Source of the DNA: Vicinamibacteria bacterium
GTDB lineage: Bacteria; Acidobacteriota; Vicinamibacteria; Marinacidobacterales; Marinacidobacteraceae
DNA: 64,000 nt
Reading direction: 5' to 3'
Assembly (NCBI GenBank): GCA_963422395.1
Contig: OY729431.1
Location: forward strand, 1,824,001-1,888,000
Both the position numbers and the translations under genes were made by a program. The notes beneath the pieces were generated by a model. It did not search any database, was not told the origin of the DNA, and saw nothing but the letters and a program-made list of their open reading frames with translations. Of the stretch, positions 60,771 to 64,000 are shown piece after piece. Within the stretch, counting starts at the first letter, position 1. Each line of letters begins with the position of its first letter.

Positions 60771-61217
60771 ATGGCCGCGGTAACCATCGAAAAACGGATC
60801 GAGGCAGCCCCCGAGCGGGTGTTCGCCGTCGCCACCGACCTGGACGACCTGACGGAGACGATCTCCGGCATCGTTTCTGTCGAGGTGTTGACCGAGGGGC
60901 CGGTCGGTCATGGAACACGCTGGCGTGAGACCCGCGTTCTCCATGGACGGCGGGCGACAGAGGAGATGGGAATCACCGGTTTCGACCCGCCGCGTTCATT
61001 CGTCGTCGAGGCGGCTTCGCACGGCGCTGAATACCGAACGGAGTTCCGCTTCGAACCGGAGGGGGCGGGAACCCGCGTCACTCTCGTCTTCTCGGCCCGC
61101 CCGGTGCGTCTCCTCGCCCGGGTCCTCTCGGTTCTCAGCGCCGCCATGATGGGCAGCGTGCGGAAGGCCATCGAGCAGGACCTGGAAGATGTGAAACGCG
61201 CTGCGGAGGCCGTTTGA
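60771..61217 (+). CDS. SRPBCC/polyketide cyclase family protein
   Basis: IEAAPERVF..TD, G.GTRWRETR, FDPP and GTRVT motifs; C-terminal helix DL..K..AE. Confidence 0.85.
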   Translation: MAAVTIEKRIEAAPERVFAVATDLDDLTETISGIVSVEVLTEGPVGHGTRWRETRVLHGRRATEEMGITGFDPPRSFVVEAASHGAEYRTEFRFEPEGAGTRVTLVFSARPVRLLARVLSVLSAAMMGSVRKAIEQDLEDVKRAAEAV

Positions 61218-61353
61218 CCCCGTGCGATCCGGGTGCGGGGGAGGTCGTGTTCCGTCACGCGCCCTCGTGGGGCGAGCGGGACGCCCTGCGCTCGAACCGT
61301 CCGGCGCGCCGCGCCGCAGGAGCGGCAGCAATGGCGATTCGAGGGCGCTGATC

Positions 61354-61926
61354 GTGAACGGAGGCTCGGCGGTAGCAGGCTTACCGGGTAACGCCTCCTC
61401 GGGCCTGCCGCTCTGCACCGAGCGGCTCGTCCTGCGCCCGTTCCGGGAGTCGGATTGGCCGGAGGTCCAGGAGTACGCGGGAGATCCCCAGGTCACCCGA
61501 TACCTGCGCTGGGGGCCGAACGACGTCCGGAGGACCCGACAATTCCTGCGCCAAGCCATCGACGAGGCCCGCGCAGCGGAGATCTCTCGGCTCCAGCTCG
61601 CGGTCGTCGAGCAGAAGAGCGTCCGCGTGCGCGGAGGACTGAGCCTGGAACGACGCGCTCCCGGAGTCTTCGAGATCGGCTATTGCTTCGCGCGAGCGGT
61701 CTGGGGCCTCGGATACGCGACCGAGGCGGTGCCGGCCGCCCTCGATTTCGCCGCCGGAAGGCTGGCCGCCGCCGAGGTCTTCGGCCTCGTAGCCCCCGGC
61801 AACGAGGCTTCCGAGCGGGTCCTGCTCCGCTGCGGCTTCCGGCGCGTGCCCGACCCGGCGCCGTATGCTGCATGGAGGGACGGGCTCTGCGCCGCCGCGA
61901 GCGTCTATCGCCGGCAGCTCTCCTGA
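61354..61926 (+). CDS. GNAT/RimJ-family N-acetyltransferase (start uncertain)
   Basis: TERLVLRPF, EIGY, WGLGYATEA and N.AS.RVL..GF motifs. Confidence 0.85.
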   Translation: MNGGSAVAGLPGNASSGLPLCTERLVLRPFRESDWPEVQEYAGDPQVTRYLRWGPNDVRRTRQFLRQAIDEARAAEISRLQLAVVEQKSVRVRGGLSLERRAPGVFEIGYCFARAVWGLGYATEAVPAALDFAAGRLAAAEVFGLVAPGNEASERVLLRCGFRRVPDPAPYAAWRDGLCAAASVYRRQLS

Positions 61927-62068
61927 CCGAAGACCCCCGCGCTACGATTTCCTCCGCTGCGGCTCGTCGCGCCGGCGGCCTTGCGCATGGCCGCCGTTCC
62001 GGGTTTTCCGACCCGGACGGCGCGGCCCGATGCGGTGCCTTCGGGAGTGCTGGCGCCGCTCGCTTCCG

Positions 62069-62842
62069 ATGCGGAAGCCGACTCGCCGCCATTCCCGCGC
62101 TTCCACCCCGCTTTCCCCTCGCGACCGCGTGCCCCGGCCCCAGGCGCTGCCCCTCCGGACGCCGGGCTATCCTCGCCGCGCCCCGAAGCGGCGCCGCCTG
62201 CTTCCCGGGGATACTCCCGCTGAACGCCTCTTCGAGAACGGCGCCCGCTCACTCACCAACGCCGAACTGCTCGCGCTCGTGCTCGGCTCGGGCACCGACG
62301 AAGTCGCCCGCCGGGTCCTCCGGGAAACCGGCAGCCTGGCGAGGCTCGCCCGGACGCCGCTCGGCCAGATCGCGCGGTTTCCGGGCTTGTCCCCAGTCCG
62401 AATGGGGCGGCTGGCCGCCGCGCTGGAGCTCGGCCGGCGCGGGGTCTTCCCCTCGGACGGCCGCGTCCCCTGTTTCCAGAATCCGGCAGAAGTCGCGCGC
62501 TATCTCCTCTCCCGGTACGGAAACCAGGAAGTCGAAGAATTCGGAGTGCTGCTGCTCGACGCGCGGGGATGCCTGCTGCGGGCCGAAATCATCTCCCGGG
62601 GTTCCCTCACCGGAGCTCCGGTCCATCCCCGCGATCTCTACCGGGTCGCAGTCACCCACCAGGCGGCCTCGGTGGTGCTGTTCCACAACCACCCTTCCGG
62701 AGACCCGAGGCCGTCGAAGGCCGACCAACACCTCACCCGGAGGCTCGTGGAAGCGGGAGAAGTGATGGGCATCCCGGTGCTCGACCATCTGGTGATCGGC
62801 GCGGGCCGATGGCACAGCTTCGGCGAAAACGGACAGCTCTGA
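62069..62842 (+). CDS. radC: RadC/JAB domain protein (start uncertain)
   Basis: P.ERL..GA..L..AELLA, AALELGRR, HNHPSGDP.PS..D and LDHLVI motifs. Confidence 0.92.
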   Translation: MRKPTRRHSRASTPLSPRDRVPRPQALPLRTPGYPRRAPKRRRLLPGDTPAERLFENGARSLTNAELLALVLGSGTDEVARRVLRETGSLARLARTPLGQIARFPGLSPVRMGRLAAALELGRRGVFPSDGRVPCFQNPAEVARYLLSRYGNQEVEEFGVLLLDARGCLLRAEIISRGSLTGAPVHPRDLYRVAVTHQAASVVLFHNHPSGDPRPSKADQHLTRRLVEAGEVMGIPVLDHLVIGAGRWHSFGENGQL

Positions 62843-62845
62843 AGC

Positions 62846-63322
62846 TCAGTCGTCCCGGCAACAGCTCCGACAGACGCCGTAGAGCTGGTGTCGATGCCAG
62901 ACCAACTGGTAGCCGTAGGCAGCAGCGATCTCCTCCTGACGCTCCTCGACCTCGGGCGAGAGGAACTCGTCGATCCGCCCGCAACGGACGCAGATCAGGT
63001 GATCGTGGTGGGCGCGGGAAAGCGCCGGCTCGAAACGGGTGAGCCCGTCCTTCAGAAAGATCGAGGAGGCGATCCGGGCCTCGCAGAAGAGCCGCAGTGC
63101 GCGGTACACCGTGGTGCGGCCGATCGCGGGGTCCGCTCCCCGCACTTCGGCGTGCACATCGTCGGCGGAGACATGCCCCCCCATCCCGAGGAACCGCTCG
63201 AGGATCAGGTCCCGCTGGCGAGACTTCTTGAGGCCCCGCTCATGCGCGAACTCCCGCAGCCGGTGGAAAGCCTCTTCGCGCATCGAGTCCGCGCTGGGCA
63301 GCGCGGGAACGGAAGTGCTCAT
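62846..63322 (-). CDS. Fur-family transcriptional regulator
   Basis: QR..IL, TVYR.L, HHDHLICVRC and LYGVCRSC motifs. Confidence 0.92.
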   Translation of the reverse strand: MSTSVPALPSADSMREEAFHRLREFAHERGLKKSRQRDLILERFLGMGGHVSADDVHAEVRGADPAIGRTTVYRALRLFCEARIASSIFLKDGLTRFEPALSRAHHDHLICVRCGRIDEFLSPEVEERQEEIAAAYGYQLVWHRHQLYGVCRSCCRDD

Positions 63323-63504
63323 GACGGAACAAAGTCCCGCACCCTGATTCGGTCCGCGCGCGGGGAAACGGCGCGGCCGAGGATATCCCTTCTCGGTTTG
63401 GACATGTTGGCCGCGCCTCTTCTGCCCCGCCGGGGTCGGGGGCGCCTACCGACGGCTCGGTGTTCTTCGCCGCTGCGGGGAGCGCTCCCTTAACATGCTT
63501 TTCT

Positions 63505-63678
63505 TCAGCGTTCTTCGAAATTCCGCTTCGCTCCCAACGCGAGCAGAATGTCTGCAGTGGAGCCCCATGCCAAGTCGAGAGGAGTCGCCCCCTCGGGGGC
63601 TGCGTTGAAGCGTGGATTCCCCTTGTACTCGACCGGGACCTCGACCGGGGCGTTCAAATCCGCGCCCGCTTCCACCAT
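63505..63678 (-). CDS. 57-aa ORF: variant copy of the ankyrin protein C-terminus
   Basis: MVEAGADLNAPVEVPVEYKGNPRFNAAPEGATPLDLAWGSTADILLALGAKRNFEER; its ATG overlaps the upstream TAA (TAATG). Confidence 0.6.
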   Translation of the reverse strand: MVEAGADLNAPVEVPVEYKGNPRFNAAPEGATPLDLAWGSTADILLALGAKRNFEER

Positions 63679-63862
63679 TACCTCCAGGATTTTTCGAAAT
63701 TCCGCTTCGCTCCCAACGCGAGCAGAATGTCTTCTTCGTAGAACCCTGCCAAGTCGAGAGGAGTCGCCCCCTCGGGTATACGGTTGCGAAGGTCCCCCCC
63801 CTTGTACTCGACCGGGTACTCGACCGGGGCGTTCAAATCCGCGCCCAGTTCCACCATTACCT
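63514..63862. repeat. Tandem direct repeat, 2 x 170 bp (63514-63683 and 63693-63862), period 179 bp
   Basis: Manual gap-free alignment; 28 mismatches clustered in 13 codons. Confidence 0.92.
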
Positions 63863-64000
63863 TGAACATAGACGCTAACGACTCCTGCGAGCAGGGTGTC
63901 GAGAGAGCCGAGTTCGTGTCTCTAATCTGAAATCTCTCAGCGGGTGGTGTGACAACAGCTACCGCTGCGGCATGAAGCGGCGTCATGCCTAAGTTATTCC
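63678..64000 (-). CDS. Ankyrin-repeat protein, 3' part (5' end outside window)
   Basis: NNLGMTPLHAAA, ELGADLNA and GATPLDLA...ILLALGAK ankyrin motifs; frame open to the window edge; lower GC than neighbours. Confidence 0.85.
   Translation of the reverse strand, partial: NNLGMTPLHAAAVAVVTPPAERFQIRDTNSALSTPCSQESLASMFKVMVELGADLNAPVEYPVEYKGGDLRNRIPEGATPLDLAGFYEEDILLALGAKRNFEKSWR

Noticed and set aside
62069-62842. radC as a marker of a mobile or anti-defence element
   Set aside because: It is the full-length chromosomal type with an N-terminal HhH region and has no mobile neighbours.
63514-63862. Classical DGR template/variable repeat pair
   Set aside because: Mismatches are not confined to adenines of either copy (e.g. 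CTG/GCG, CGC/TTC), and no reverse transcriptase is in the window.
63514-63862. CRISPR-like repeat-spacer array
   Set aside because: Only two coding units with ankyrin motifs, and no cas genes.

Overview
High-GC (roughly 70%) bacterial chromosomal segment that is gene-dense and mostly housekeeping. The ArgS type, bshC, the stand-alone PASTA protein and bamD suggest Acidobacteriota, and the ankyrin gene hints at a host-associated lifestyle; both are inferences. Core genes include def-fmt-rsmB-PASTA-rpe-bamD, pgsA, a sugar-phosphate nucleotidyltransferase with a phosphomannomutase, ald, grpE-dnaJ-rsmE-kinase-recX-alaS, apt, sppA, pyk, argS-lepB-bshC, metH, msrA, pruA, radC and a Fur-family regulator. 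There are two tRNAs (Gly-CCC, Arg-CCT). Most notable: (1) at the right edge, an ankyrin-repeat gene is followed by a second copy of its own C-terminal 170 bp; the framework is nucleotide-identical and all differences fall in 13 amino-acid-changing codons, resembling a swappable binding cassette. (2) A PadR-headed four-gene module encodes a DUF2141 fused to a predicted outer-membrane barrel, a duplicated DUF2141 and a Tat-signal carotenoid-cleavage oxygenase. (3) A swivel-first LeuD-LeuC fusion is coupled to an ETF-quinone oxidoreductase. (4) A CTAG-flanked MITE family has ends that coincide with TAG stop codons. (5) The tetramer ACGT appears strongly avoided, and many genes look leaderless. 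(6) A GT2 homolog has lost its catalytic motifs. No CRISPR array, rRNA or intact transposase was seen. All counts and alignments were made by eye.
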